Program-made: the position numbers and the translations under genes
Source: Candidatus Kaiserbacteria bacterium
GTDB taxonomy: Bacteria; Patescibacteriota; Minisyncoccia; Phycocordibacterales; UBA2100
Assembly: GCA_016867375.1 (NCBI GenBank)
Contig: VGJQ01000003.1
Coordinates: 1 to 47,532, forward strand
Direction of reading: 5' to 3'
Length of the DNA stretch: 47,532 nt
Notes under the pieces: model-generated
The model's input: the letters and a program-made list of their open reading frames with translations, nothing else
Databases searched by the model: none
Told to the model about the DNA's origin: nothing
Shown here: positions 26,165 through 35,927 of the stretch, piece by piece
Layout of the letters: each line of letters opens with the position of its first letter
Numbering within the stretch: the stretch's first letter is position 1

Positions 26165-29100
26165 ATGAGTGCTGAAAAAGAGCCACAAAAGTCAGAAGTC
26201 GCCAAGCGTGAAGAGGATGTCCTCGCTTTTTGGGATACGCACGAGATTTTTCAAAAGACCGTCGAGCGTGAACCTAGTAAGGGTGAATACGTCTTTTATG
26301 ACGGTCCGCCGTTTGCCACGGGCTTGCCGCATTATGGGCACCTGCTCCAGAGCTTCGTCAAAGACGTGATCCCGCGCTACAAGACTATGCAGGGCTATCG
26401 CGTGGAGCGCCAATGGGGATGGGATTGTCATGGATTGCCGATCGAAAACATCGTTGAGAAAGAGCTCGGCACCAAGTCGAAGAAAGATATCATGCAGATG
26501 GGGGTCAAGAAGTTTAATGATTTGTGCCGCAAACGCATCTTTACCTTCATCGGCGAATGGGTGCGCATCATCCCGCGCATCGGACGCTTCGTCGATATGA
26601 AGCATGCATATCGCACGATGGATTTTTCATACATGGAAAGCGAGTGGTGGGCGTTTAAGACGCTCCATGAAAAAGGCCTTATCTACGAAGACTATCGCAG
26701 CATGCACATCTGTCCGCGCTGTGAGACCACACTTTCTCAAGGCGAAGTGGCGGAAGGATATAAGGATGTGAAGGACCTATCGGTGACGGTGAAGTTTAAA
26801 GTGAAGCCGGGGCAAAAGATCGGTGAGTGGGAAGTGCCGGAAAATACGTACCTCCTCGCATGGACGACTACGCCATGGACTCTGCCGGGGAATGTGGCTC
26901 TTGCTATCAATAGCACATTCGTATATTTAGCGGTTAAAGCGTTCAGTGACAACACTGACAACACATATCTTTTATTGAAAGATGCCTTGCTTGATCATTT
27001 ACTAAAAGGTGAAGGGGCACTTAGATATTCTCAATTATTTTCCAAAGATGACCATCATTGGTTGGGGGGAGCAAAAGACACTCATTCTGAAAATATAAAA
27101 GAAATACCCGGACAAGAAATGCTCGGCCTCGAATACGCACCCCTCTTCGACTACTACGCCAAGGACGAAAAGCTCAAGAATCGCGAGAACGGATGGAAGG
27201 TGTACGAGGCTGATTTTGTGACGACCGATACGGGCACTGGTATCGTGCATATTGCGCCGGCATTCGGGGCCGACGACATGGCATTAGGCAAGCGCGAAAA
27301 CTTGCCCTTTGTACAGCACGTAAAGATGGATGGCACGTTTGCGCCCGAAACGGGCGAATTCGCCGGGATCGACCTCAAACCGCGCGCGAAAGGCAAGCCC
27401 GAAGAAATACGAGAAGCCGATCTTGCTATCGTGCGGCATCTCGAAGAAAAAGGGTTGGTATTTTCACACGAGAAGTACGAACACGCCTACCCGCACTGCT
27501 GGCGATGCGATACCGCACTCCTCAACTACGCGACGTCGTCGTGGTTTGTCGCGGTGGAAAAGATGAAGCCGACTCTGCTCGAGGCGGCGCAGAGCATCAA
27601 TTGGTCGCCGGAGCACATCAAAGAGGGGAGATTTGGCAAATGGCTCGAGGGTGCACGTGATTGGTCGATCAGCCGCCAGCGCTTTTGGGCCAATACGATT
27701 CCCGTGTGGCGCTGCGACACGTGCAAGAGAGACCACGTCTTCGGCTCCGCGGCAGAGCTCGCGCAGGCGAGCGGCTCGACCGTCTCCGATCTCCACAAAG
27801 ATGTCGTCGATGAGATAGCGTTCAAATGTAAAAAGTCAGACTTGCTACAATCACAGGAGTGTGATGGGATTGCTCGGCGTGTGCCCGATGTGCTCGATAC
27901 GTGGTTTGATAGCGGTTCCGTGCCGTTTGCTACAGAGCACTACCCTCATGAAAATGCCGAACGGTTTGTTGCGCGGATGCCTGCCGACTTCATCGGCGAA
28001 GCGCAGGATCAGACGCGCGCGTGGTTCTACTATCTCCATGTGCTCTCGGGCGGACTCTTCGGTAAAGCGGCATTCAAAAATTGCATTGTCACGGGGCTCG
28101 TCCTCGCCGAAGACGGTAAGAAGATGTCCAAGAAGCTCAACAATTATCCCGATCCAATGACGATCGTCGATAGGTACGGCGCGGATGCATTACGTCTCTA
28201 CGTGCTTTCGGCGCCGATCGTGCAGGGCGAAAATCTCAATTTCTCCGAGCATGGTGTCGATGAAGCGCTCAAAAAAAACATCGGTCGCCTGCACAACGTG
28301 CTCTCGTTTTACCAACTGTATGCCCCCTCGACGAAGCTCGGGGCAGGGGATGTGCTGCGCGGCCACACGAGTACCCATCTGCTCGATCAATGGATCCTTT
28401 CTCGCCTCGCACTCTTCACACGAGAGGTGACTGCTGGTATGGAGGCGTATCAGCTTGATGCTGCGTCGCGTCCGATCCCCGGATTTATCGACGATCTGTC
28501 CGTATGGTATATACGCCGCTCGCGTGACCGTTTTAAGGCAACCGATGAAACTACCTCATCATCGCTTGCCGACAAGCAAGCTGCGTTAGCGACTTTACGC
28601 TACGTACTCCACACGCTCGCACGCGTTATCGCGCCCATCATGCCGTTTTATGCCGAGTACCTCTTCCAGGCAGTGTGCGAAGATGAAGACGAAGAAAGCG
28701 TGCATATGACGATGTGGCCCGATGCCTCGCAGATGCAGTGCGACACAAATCTTCTTCTGGTGATGGAGCAGGCGCGCCGCATCGTATCCATGGCGCTGGA
28801 GGAGCGTGATAAGGCAGGTATCAAAGTGCGTCAGCCGCTCTCTCGTCTGTCGGTGTCTGCCGAGGATGCCCTCCGTTTTTCGAAAGATCTACTCGATATC
28901 ATTGCAGAAGAGGTGAATGTGAAAGAAGTGTCTTCTGGCTCGGCACTTTCGCTTGATATTTCGATTACACCCGAGCTGCGTGAAGAAGGCTTCATCCGTG
29001 AATTTACGCGCTATGTGCAGCAGCGTCGCAAGGATATGCAGCTCATGCCGTCCGATGCGATCCGTCTTTTTGTGCCCGAAAACGAGGTGATCCGTCGCTC

Positions 29101-29221
29101 TGAAGCATCACTCCGCAAGACACTCAATACTGTGGAAATTGTCTTTACATCAGAATGGCAAGGTGCCATGCTCTCGCTCGATGAGAAGCACATGCTCGTC
29201 GGCGTCGAACGTGTGGCATAG
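26165..29221 (+). CDS. ileS: isoleucyl-tRNA synthetase
   Basis: PHYGHLL (HIGH), WTTTPWTLP editing domain, KMSKKL (KMSKS). Confidence 0.95.
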   Translation: MSAEKEPQKSEVAKREEDVLAFWDTHEIFQKTVEREPSKGEYVFYDGPPFATGLPHYGHLLQSFVKDVIPRYKTMQGYRVERQWGWDCHGLPIENIVEKELGTKSKKDIMQMGVKKFNDLCRKRIFTFIGEWVRIIPRIGRFVDMKHAYRTMDFSYMESEWWAFKTLHEKGLIYEDYRSMHICPRCETTLSQGEVAEGYKDVKDLSVTVKFKVKPGQKIGEWEVPENTYLLAWTTTPWTLPGNVALAINSTFVYLAVKAFSDNTDNTYLLLKDALLDHLLKGEGALRYSQLFSKDDHHWLGGAKDTHSENIKEIPGQEMLGLEYAPLFDYYAKDEKLKNRENGWKVYEADFVTTDTGTGIVHIAPAFGADDMALGKRENLPFVQHVKMDGTFAPETGEFAGIDLKPRAKGKPEEIREADLAIVRHLEEKGLVFSHEKYEHAYPHCWRCDTALLNYATSSWFVAVEKMKPTLLEAAQSINWSPEHIKEGRFGKWLEGARDWSISRQRFWANTIPVWRCDTCKRDHVFGSAAELAQASGSTVSDLHKDVVDEIAFKCKKSDLLQSQECDGIARRVPDVLDTWFDSGSVPFATEHYPHENAERFVARMPADFIGEAQDQTRAWFYYLHVLSGGLFGKAAFKNCIVTGLVLAEDGKKMSKKLNNYPDPMTIVDRYGADALRLYVLSAPIVQGENLNFSEHGVDEALKKNIGRLHNVLSFYQLYAPSTKLGAGDVLRGHTSTHLLDQWILSRLALFTREVTAGMEAYQLDAASRPIPGFIDDLSVWYIRRSRDRFKATDETTSSSLADKQAALATLRYVLHTLARVIAPIMPFYAEYLFQAVCEDEDEESVHMTMWPDASQMQCDTNLLLVMEQARRIVSMALEERDKAGIKVRQPLSRLSVSAEDALRFSKDLLDIIAEEVNVKEVSSGSALSLDISITPELREEGFIREFTRYVQQRRKDMQLMPSDAIRLFVPENEVIRRSEASLRKTLNTVEIVFTSEWQGAMLSLDEKHMLVGVERVA

Positions 29222-29276
29222 CCATACTCAAGACACAATGACACAAGTTAGACTTGTGTCTTGATATACTAAAGAG

Positions 29277-29846
29277 ATGTACCAGAAGTACTGCACCGAA
29301 GCGATCGTGCTTAGTATGCGCGAATCAGGCGAGTCCGATCAGGCGCTCGCGCTCCTCACGCGTGACTTTGGCCTGGTGTGGGCCCGGGCAGGGGCGATGC
29401 GGCGCGAGTATTCCAAGATGCGCTATTCGCTTCAGCTATATGCACACGCATCTGTCTCGCTCGTGCGTGGCAAGGCGAACTGGCGCGCGGCGGGTGCGTC
29501 GTGCAGTACGCCGGCCTTGAGAGGGGAGAGTCTGCGCGCCTTTGCGCGCATCGCGCATCTTGTGGTGCGTTTGGTCGTCGGGGAAGAGCGTAGCGACTAC
29601 CTCTTCGAAGCAGTGTTGCAGGCACATGCTTCGCTTCTGCACGCAGGAGACGAGATGATTCCGACGATCGAGATCGTCGCGGTGGCGCGTATCCTCTTTG
29701 CACTCGGGTACATCTCTGCCGAAGCGCTCGAGACGACACTCTTCGCTCACACTGCGTACTCGTTTGATCACTTGCATGAGGCAGAGATGATCCGTGACAA
29801 TCTACTCATATCTATCAATCGTGCCCTTGCCGAAACGCACCTATAG
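29277..29846 (+). CDS. recO: DNA repair protein RecO
   Basis: N-terminal OB-fold pattern TEAIVLSMRESGESD..LLTRDFG. Confidence 0.7.
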   Translation: MYQKYCTEAIVLSMRESGESDQALALLTRDFGLVWARAGAMRREYSKMRYSLQLYAHASVSLVRGKANWRAAGASCSTPALRGESLRAFARIAHLVVRLVVGEERSDYLFEAVLQAHASLLHAGDEMIPTIEIVAVARILFALGYISAEALETTLFAHTAYSFDHLHEAEMIRDNLLISINRALAETHL

Positions 29847-29848
29847 TT

Positions 29849-31867
29849 TTGTGGTATTATTTTGGGATGGATCCGTCGGAAGTTCCCCAGATCGACCACG
29901 AGAAAGAAAAGATCGAGCGCCTGCGTCGGGTGATGTATTCACGCGCGCTCTCAGGCAAGATCAAAGACAAAGAGCGACGCGCGCTTGAAGAGCATCCCGA
30001 AATAGTCGGCGAAGACTGGGTGCATCCCGAAGACAGCACTCCTGCGGCGATCATTGCACCCCGTGGCATTACGTTTTTGCGCACATTTCTGCACGGACTA
30101 CTCATGGTGGCGGCACTCTTTTTCACCGGTTCGATCCTCTTTTTTGCATACTACTTTACCTTCGGTGCGGGCAGCTTGTCCGCGTCGGCCAACAACATCG
30201 ACATCATCGTATCCGGTCCGCCGCAGATATCTGGCGGAGAGCCGACGGAGCTCCAAGTCTCCATCACCAATCGCAATCGCGTGCCGCTCGAGCTCTCGCA
30301 GCTCATCGTCACCTATCCAGACGGTACACGCTCGGTGAGCGATCTCCTGACTCCGCTTGTGTCGGTACGGCAAGACCTACAGGTCATTCAATCGGGCGAG
30401 ACCAAACAGGGTGTTCTCAATGCTGTGTTTGCAGGCCAGGCAGGGGAGCACAAAGCGGTGAAAGTCGAGCTTGAGTATCGCTTGAGCGGATCAAATGCAA
30501 TCTTTGTTGCCGCGCGAGAATACAGCCTCCTCTTTGGTACCTCCCCGCTCTCTGTATCGGTCGACGGCAACACGTCGACCATTTCCGGACAGCCGGTCGA
30601 GATGATCGTCACCGTCTCATCAAATGCCGATGCGGCCGTGCGCGATGTGGTGCTTCGTGCCGACTATCCGTTTGGATTTTCGCTTACCTCCACGCAGCCA
30701 GAAGCGGACGAAGCAGGAGTGTGGAAGCTCGGTGATATCGGTCCGGGCCAAAAGAGGTCGGTCGTCATCGGCGGGACTATACTCGGGGAAATGGGTGATG
30801 ATAAAGTATTCAACTTCACTGCAGGTGGGCGGGCAAATTCTTCAAGTACGGCGATCGAGACGCAGTTTGCGGAAATGCCTTTCCGTATCGGAGTCGCTCA
30901 GCCGTTTTTGGGACTTTCTCTGAGTATCAATAGGTCCGCGACGACGAGCAGTATTCTCGCGCCGGGCGATGTCGCACAGGTGATTATCAGCTATACCAAC
31001 AATCTGCCCGGGCAAATCACCGATGCGGTCATCGTGGCGCGCTTGTCGGGTATTGAGATAGATGGGACGACGGTCCAGTCCGCCGACGGATTCTATCGAT
31101 CGACAGACAACGTCATGCTGTGGGATAAGAGTACGACCGATGGCAGATTGGCCGTTATCCCTTCAGGTGAACGAGGTGCGGTGACGTTTTCGTTCAAGAT
31201 TCCTGATTCTGCTACGCTTGCTAATACATCGAATCCCTTTATCGATATCAGCGTCAATGCGAAAGGAAATCGTATTTCAGATGCGGATGCACCTCAAAAT
31301 CTACAGGCAGCGACGATCGGGCATATCGCCGTGGCGAGCGATCTACAGCTCTCCGCCCAGGGTCTGTATTACCAAAATCCGTTCGGGACCGTCGGTCCGA
31401 TGCCTCCCAAGGCAGGACAGGAGACCAACTACGCGATTGTATTTACCATCAAAAATACGACCAACAGGATCACAAAAGCTAAGGTGACAGCGACCATCCC
31501 ACCCTATGTGCGTTGGCTTGGGAGCCATGCGCCCGCGCACGAATCCCTGGCGTTCAATCAAAACTCAAGCGTTTTCACCTGGGATGTGGGGGATATCGAG
31601 CCGGGGGTAGGGCTCAACGGATCAGTGCCACGGCAGATTGCCATTGCAATCGGTTTCAATCCCTCGACTTCTCAGATCGGCCAGCAACCAATCCTGCTTC
31701 AGGGGGTGACGTTGACCGGTATCGACGAGTCGACGGGCGGAAAAGTAGTGCGTACGACGCGGCCTGAGGTCACGACGGACTTGATACGTGTGTCGAAGTC
31801 TTCGGGGCAGGTGGTGGTAGGGACGGATAGTGGATTTAACCCCGATCATGCCGCAGTAGTGAAATAG
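29849..31867 (+). CDS. large membrane-anchored extracytoplasmic protein, hypothetical
   Basis: One TM segment near residue 90, then about 570 aa that are beta-rich and Thr/Ser/Gly-rich. An alternative start lies at 29867. Confidence 0.5.
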   Translation: MWYYFGMDPSEVPQIDHEKEKIERLRRVMYSRALSGKIKDKERRALEEHPEIVGEDWVHPEDSTPAAIIAPRGITFLRTFLHGLLMVAALFFTGSILFFAYYFTFGAGSLSASANNIDIIVSGPPQISGGEPTELQVSITNRNRVPLELSQLIVTYPDGTRSVSDLLTPLVSVRQDLQVIQSGETKQGVLNAVFAGQAGEHKAVKVELEYRLSGSNAIFVAAREYSLLFGTSPLSVSVDGNTSTISGQPVEMIVTVSSNADAAVRDVVLRADYPFGFSLTSTQPEADEAGVWKLGDIGPGQKRSVVIGGTILGEMGDDKVFNFTAGGRANSSSTAIETQFAEMPFRIGVAQPFLGLSLSINRSATTSSILAPGDVAQVIISYTNNLPGQITDAVIVARLSGIEIDGTTVQSADGFYRSTDNVMLWDKSTTDGRLAVIPSGERGAVTFSFKIPDSATLANTSNPFIDISVNAKGNRISDADAPQNLQAATIGHIAVASDLQLSAQGLYYQNPFGTVGPMPPKAGQETNYAIVFTIKNTTNRITKAKVTATIPPYVRWLGSHAPAHESLAFNQNSSVFTWDVGDIEPGVGLNGSVPRQIAIAIGFNPSTSQIGQQPILLQGVTLTGIDESTGGKVVRTTRPEVTTDLIRVSKSSGQVVVGTDSGFNPDHAAVVK

Positions 31868-31931
31868 CTCGGTCCGCTCCTTGTAATCTCGTGATTTTGT
31901 GACGTTGCAATTCAATGCTACTCTGCCACAT

Positions 31932-33425
31932 ATGGCTGAAGTATCAATGGAAAAGATCATATCCCTCTGCAAACGCCGCGGATTCATATTTCAGGGGTCC
32001 GAAATATATGGCGGCCTTACCGGTACCTGGGACTATGGTCCGTACGGCATTGAGCTCAAGAACAACATCAAGAATCTTTGGTGGAGGATGTTTGTCCAAG
32101 GCCGCGACGACATGGTGGGTCTTGATGCGGCGATCTTGATGAATCCGCGCGCATGGGAAGCGAGTGGGCATGTGAGCGGCTTTTCTGATCCGCTCGTGGA
32201 TTGTAAAAAATGCGGGACTCGGCAACGAGCGGACGTTCTTATGGAGGATAAAAAGAGTTTGTTCCAAGAAAAAGTGAATGAGTATATGAACGAAGACGTT
32301 ACATATTCAAGGTCTAAAAAGACAGCTTTTATAGAATCATCTGGCATTCCTTACGAAAGAACAGATGTCGCACGTAAAGCCATTACAGAATATATTGGTC
32401 CGCTGGCTCAGCGTTTCCTAAACGAACATATTAATTGTCCAGCGTGTAATTCTCGGGCATGGGGTGAGCCACATAAATTCAATATGATGTTTAAAACATC
32501 TATTGGGGCCATTGATGATGGAAGTTCAATTTCATACCTTCGTCCAGAAACCGCAGGCGGCATCTTCGTCAATTTCAAAAACGTCGTCGATTCTGTACAT
32601 CCTAAGATGCCGTTTGGCATCGGGCAGATCGGCAAGGCATTTCGCAACGAGATCGCCCCGCGCGACTTTATCTTCCGTGTACGTGAGCTTGAGCAGATGG
32701 AGATCGAGTATTTCGTGAAGCCTTCGGATTGGGAGGGGAGTTTTGAGGAGTGGCGCCAGGAAGTCCATCATTTCATCGACGCGGTCGGCATCGACGAAAA
32801 AGCCGTCCATGAGCTGGAGGTGGCGCCCGAAGATCGCGCACACTACAGCAAGCGCACGATCGATTTCGAGTTCGATTTTCCGTTTGGCCGCAAAGAGCTT
32901 TTTGGCCTCGCATACCGCACCGACTTCGACCTCTCCGCACATGCCGGGGCATCGGGTGTGAAGCTTGAGATGCAGGGCGAGGAGGGGGAGAAGCCGTACA
33001 CGCCGCATGTTATCGAGCCGTCGTTTGGCGTCGATCGTACGGTGCTCGCAGTGCTTGCAAGCGTCTACACCGAAGACGAGCTTGGTGGCGAACCACGCAC
33101 CTATCTCAAGTTCAACAAAGCCGTGGCCCCCATCAAAGCCGCGGTCTTTCCACTCCTCAAAAACAAGCCCGAGCTCGTCGCCAAAGCGCGCGAGGTCTAC
33201 ACGATGCTCAAGCAGGAGGTGCCGCAGATCATGTGGGACGACAACGGCAACATCGGCAAGCGCTACCGCCGCCAAGACGAGATTGGCACGCCGGTCTGTA
33301 TCACGATCGACTTTGATACTTTGGGTGAGACTGCAGACTTTAAAGACACCGTCACCGTCCGCGACCGCGATACCGGAGAGCAACAGCGGGTGAAAATAGA
33401 GGATTTGACAAATATTATTAATTAG
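31932..33425 (+). CDS. glyQS: glycyl-tRNA synthetase (alpha2 type)
   Basis: RRGFIFQGSEIYGG, YLRPETAGGIFVNF, GIGQIGKAFRNEI class II motifs. The start is uncertain (31899, 31932 or 31947). Confidence 0.9.
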   Translation: MAEVSMEKIISLCKRRGFIFQGSEIYGGLTGTWDYGPYGIELKNNIKNLWWRMFVQGRDDMVGLDAAILMNPRAWEASGHVSGFSDPLVDCKKCGTRQRADVLMEDKKSLFQEKVNEYMNEDVTYSRSKKTAFIESSGIPYERTDVARKAITEYIGPLAQRFLNEHINCPACNSRAWGEPHKFNMMFKTSIGAIDDGSSISYLRPETAGGIFVNFKNVVDSVHPKMPFGIGQIGKAFRNEIAPRDFIFRVRELEQMEIEYFVKPSDWEGSFEEWRQEVHHFIDAVGIDEKAVHELEVAPEDRAHYSKRTIDFEFDFPFGRKELFGLAYRTDFDLSAHAGASGVKLEMQGEEGEKPYTPHVIEPSFGVDRTVLAVLASVYTEDELGGEPRTYLKFNKAVAPIKAAVFPLLKNKPELVAKAREVYTMLKQEVPQIMWDDNGNIGKRYRRQDEIGTPVCITIDFDTLGETADFKDTVTVRDRDTGEQQRVKIEDLTNIIN

Positions 33426-33471
33426 TTACTCTTTTGGCCAGCATCTCTGGCATCAACACAGGAGGTTATTA

Positions 33472-33654
33472 ATGGCGAATAATGATGCCAAAGGAGTTGC
33501 GCTCGTCGGTTATTGCTCGGACCATAGGGATGATCCCATCTGTGTTCGCCCAATTACCAATGCGGAGATTTTTGTTGCCCTTGGAGGTGTCCTATTAATA
33601 TTGCTCACCGCAATTGTTTCCGCGTACCCCCGTAAGCGTAAGCGATTCAGGTAA
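33472..33654 (+). CDS. small membrane-anchored protein
   Basis: 60-aa ORF with a C-terminal TM segment plus a basic tail. AT-rich. Confidence 0.4.
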   Translation: MANNDAKGVALVGYCSDHRDDPICVRPITNAEIFVALGGVLLILLTAIVSAYPRKRKRFR

Positions 33655-33661
33655 AGAAACG

Positions 33662-33697
33662 CCCTGCGCCACAATTCGGCGCGGGGTGAATTTTTGT
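33662..33697 (+). terminator. intrinsic terminator T1
   Basis: ccctgcgcc-acaattc-ggcgcgggg followed by tgaatttttgt. It closely resembles T2 at 34789-34827. Confidence 0.7.
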
Positions 33698-33735
33698 ACT
33701 TGCATACATTTGATTTATACGTATACTATATACTT

Positions 33736-33966
33736 ATGAATACCGTCACCTTTACGAGCACTATTTCCCCGAGTTTGATCGCGTGGCTGGATGCTGAGGC
33801 CAAGAAAGCGAAGCGCACGCGACGCGACATGCTTGAAGAAGCTTTGATCGCTTTTAAACGGGTAAAAATGCGTGAAGGGTTTGTGCGCGCTGCAAAAGAC
33901 GCAGATATTGTCGAGATGGCGGAGTGGGGTATGGATGAATATTCCAAGATGATCAATCGTCTATGA
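33736..33966 (+). CDS. ribbon-helix-helix (CopG-like) antitoxin
   Basis: VTFTSTISPSLIAWLDAEAKKAKRTRRDMLEEAL is an RHH pattern. ATGA overlap with mazF. Confidence 0.7.
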   Translation: MNTVTFTSTISPSLIAWLDAEAKKAKRTRRDMLEEALIAFKRVKMREGFVRAAKDADIVEMAEWGMDEYSKMINRL

Positions 33967-34301
33967 AAGTGCGCCAGGGGGAGATTTGGTACGCGCAATT
34001 GAATCCTGTAAAAGGAAGCGAACAGGGCGGTCGAAGGCCTGTGGTGATTATTTCAGGCAACACTATGAACGAAACACTTCCCGTCGTGATCGTTTGTTCG
34101 ATGTCGACCAAAATAAAAGAATATCCGGGATGTGTGATATTGCGAGCAAATAAAGGGACCGGTCTAAAACAAGATTCCGAGGTTGTCACGTTCCAAGTGC
34201 GCACGCTCGCGCATGCACGCCTAACCAAGAAAGTGGGCGTGGTCACAAGCGAAGAATTCCGTGCAATCCTACAAGGCTTGCAGGAAGTGTTGGTTCTATA
34301 A
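33963..34301 (+). CDS. mazF: MazF/PemK-family endoribonuclease toxin
   Basis: [28 protein letters not shown] is a hallmark PemK N-terminus. Confidence 0.85.
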   Translation: MKVRQGEIWYAQLNPVKGSEQGGRRPVVIISGNTMNETLPVVIVCSMSTKIKEYPGCVILRANKGTGLKQDSEVVTFQVRTLAHARLTKKVGVVTSEEFRAILQGLQEVLVL

Positions 34302-34304
34302 TTT

Positions 34305-34479
34305 CCAAGTCGAGATCGGCACGCCCGTGTGCATCACGATCGACTTTGATACGCTCGGCGACCCTTCGATAGGCTCAGGGCAGGGAACCGGCCGCAAAGA
34401 CACGGTCACCGTCCGCAATCGCGATACGGGGGAGCAAAAAAGGGTAAGAGTGGGGGATTTGACTTCCTATCTCAAATAG
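34305..34479 (+). pseudogene. orphan diverged copy of the glyQS 3' end
   Basis: It translates to ..[44 protein letters not shown]. Compare the glyQS C-terminus [49 protein letters not shown]. Confidence 0.85.
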
Positions 34480-34492
34480 ATTACCAATAGCC

Positions 34493-34765
34493 TTGGGAAA
34501 ATCCCGTAGCAGGAGAAAGAAGATGTCTAAGGTGATTATCGATCTCGGCTCAAGGCGGCGAGCCAAAATTGGAGATAGGGTTTTGGTTCTCGCAAAAGAA
34601 ACAATCAAGGGCGAAGACAGGGGTAGTTTGCACTTAGGTACCTTCAGAGCGTTCCCCCCAAAAGGGGAGAACAACCCCATAATTCAGCTCGACGACATCA
34701 AAAGATTTCGTCGGGGCAAGCGTGAAATCGTGGGGCATATTCCATTGTCCGGAGAAATCAAATAG
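34493..34765 (+). CDS. hypothetical basic protein
   Basis: 90-aa ORF followed by terminator T2. Confidence 0.4.
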   Translation: MGKSRSRRKKMSKVIIDLGSRRRAKIGDRVLVLAKETIKGEDRGSLHLGTFRAFPPKGENNPIIQLDDIKRFRRGKREIVGHIPLSGEIK

Positions 34766-34788
34766 GCGTGCCACGCCTTCAGCTGTTA

Positions 34789-34827
34789 CCCCGCGCCAGA
34801 GCAATCCGGCGCGGGGTGATTTTTTGT
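34789..34827 (+). terminator. intrinsic terminator T2
   Basis: ccccgcgcc-loop-ggcgcgggg followed by tgattttttgt. Confidence 0.7.
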
Positions 34828-34849
34828 CGTGTCGTGGTACGATGCGGCT

Positions 34850-35917
34850 ATGAAAGAGAGGGAACACACCATCATCACCATCACGACCGGCACTGTCCTC
34901 AAGACGCTCGCGCTCATCATCCTCTGTCTCCTCATTTTCTACTTGCGCGAGATCGTCCTCGACGTACTCACGGCGATCGTCCTTGCCTCAGCTATCGAGC
35001 CGGCAGTCCGTGGTCTGCGGAGGGCCGGATTTCCGCGCATCTTGAGTATCGTGACGGTGTATGTGGGGATGATCACTATGTTTTTTGCGATATTCTATTT
35101 CTTCCTCCCGCTTCTCTTCGAGGACATCACGGCCTTCGTATCTTCCATCCCGACATACATCGAGGCGATCAATCGCAGCGGGGTGCTCGATCGATACACC
35201 GATGTCTTCGGTTCGGCAGCAGTGCCGGGCGCTGCTGCACCCAATTTCTTCGCAAGATTCCAAGAGTTTATGAGTTCGACATTTTTGGGGCAGGCCTTCA
35301 GTAGTGTCGGGGGTATATTCAGCGGCGTATTTTCTCTCGTCATCATTCTTGTCTTCTCATTTTACTTCGCGGTGATTGAGACGGGTGTCGACGACTTTCT
35401 CGAGATCATCATGCCACGACAGTACAAACGCTATGCGCTCGGGCTGTGGAAGCGCGTCCAGCACAAGATCGGTCTGTGGATGCAGGGTCAGGTGCTGCTG
35501 GCACTCATTATGGGTGTCCTCGTCTTTCTCGGTCTCACGATACTCGGCGTGCCCAATGCACTCTTGCTTGCGGTCTTGGCGGCCGTTTTCGAAGTCATCC
35601 CGGTATTTGGTCCGGCGCTCGCGGCGATCCCTGCGATTGCGATTGCGTTTACCTACGGTGGTTTGGCGCTCGGTCTGATGACTGTCGCGCTGTATGTCAT
35701 TGCGCAGCAGTTTGAGAATCACCTGATCTACCCGCTTGTGGTGACGCGCGTGGTAGGTGTGCCGCCCTTGCTCGTGATCCTGGCGCTCATCGTCGGGGCG
35801 CAGCTCGCCGGCTTCTTGGGCATCATCCTTTCGGTCCCGATCGCGGCATCCATTCAGGAGTTTATCCGCGATATCAAGCATGACCGTATCCGCCTCGAGA
35901 CCTCATCGGACGCCTGA
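34850..35917 (+). CDS. AI-2E (PerM/UPF0118) family transporter
   Basis: About 8 TM segments, with conserved FEVIPVFGP and QFENHLIYP motifs. Confidence 0.75.
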   Translation: MKEREHTIITITTGTVLKTLALIILCLLIFYLREIVLDVLTAIVLASAIEPAVRGLRRAGFPRILSIVTVYVGMITMFFAIFYFFLPLLFEDITAFVSSIPTYIEAINRSGVLDRYTDVFGSAAVPGAAAPNFFARFQEFMSSTFLGQAFSSVGGIFSGVFSLVIILVFSFYFAVIETGVDDFLEIIMPRQYKRYALGLWKRVQHKIGLWMQGQVLLALIMGVLVFLGLTILGVPNALLLAVLAAVFEVIPVFGPALAAIPAIAIAFTYGGLALGLMTVALYVIAQQFENHLIYPLVVTRVVGVPPLLVILALIVGAQLAGFLGIILSVPIAASIQEFIRDIKHDRIRLETSSDA

Positions 35918-35927
35918 TCCAGCCTCT

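Noticed and set aside
32532-33383. 283-aa minus-strand ORF
   Set aside because: It is antisense to glyQS, which carries unambiguous class II synthetase motifs.
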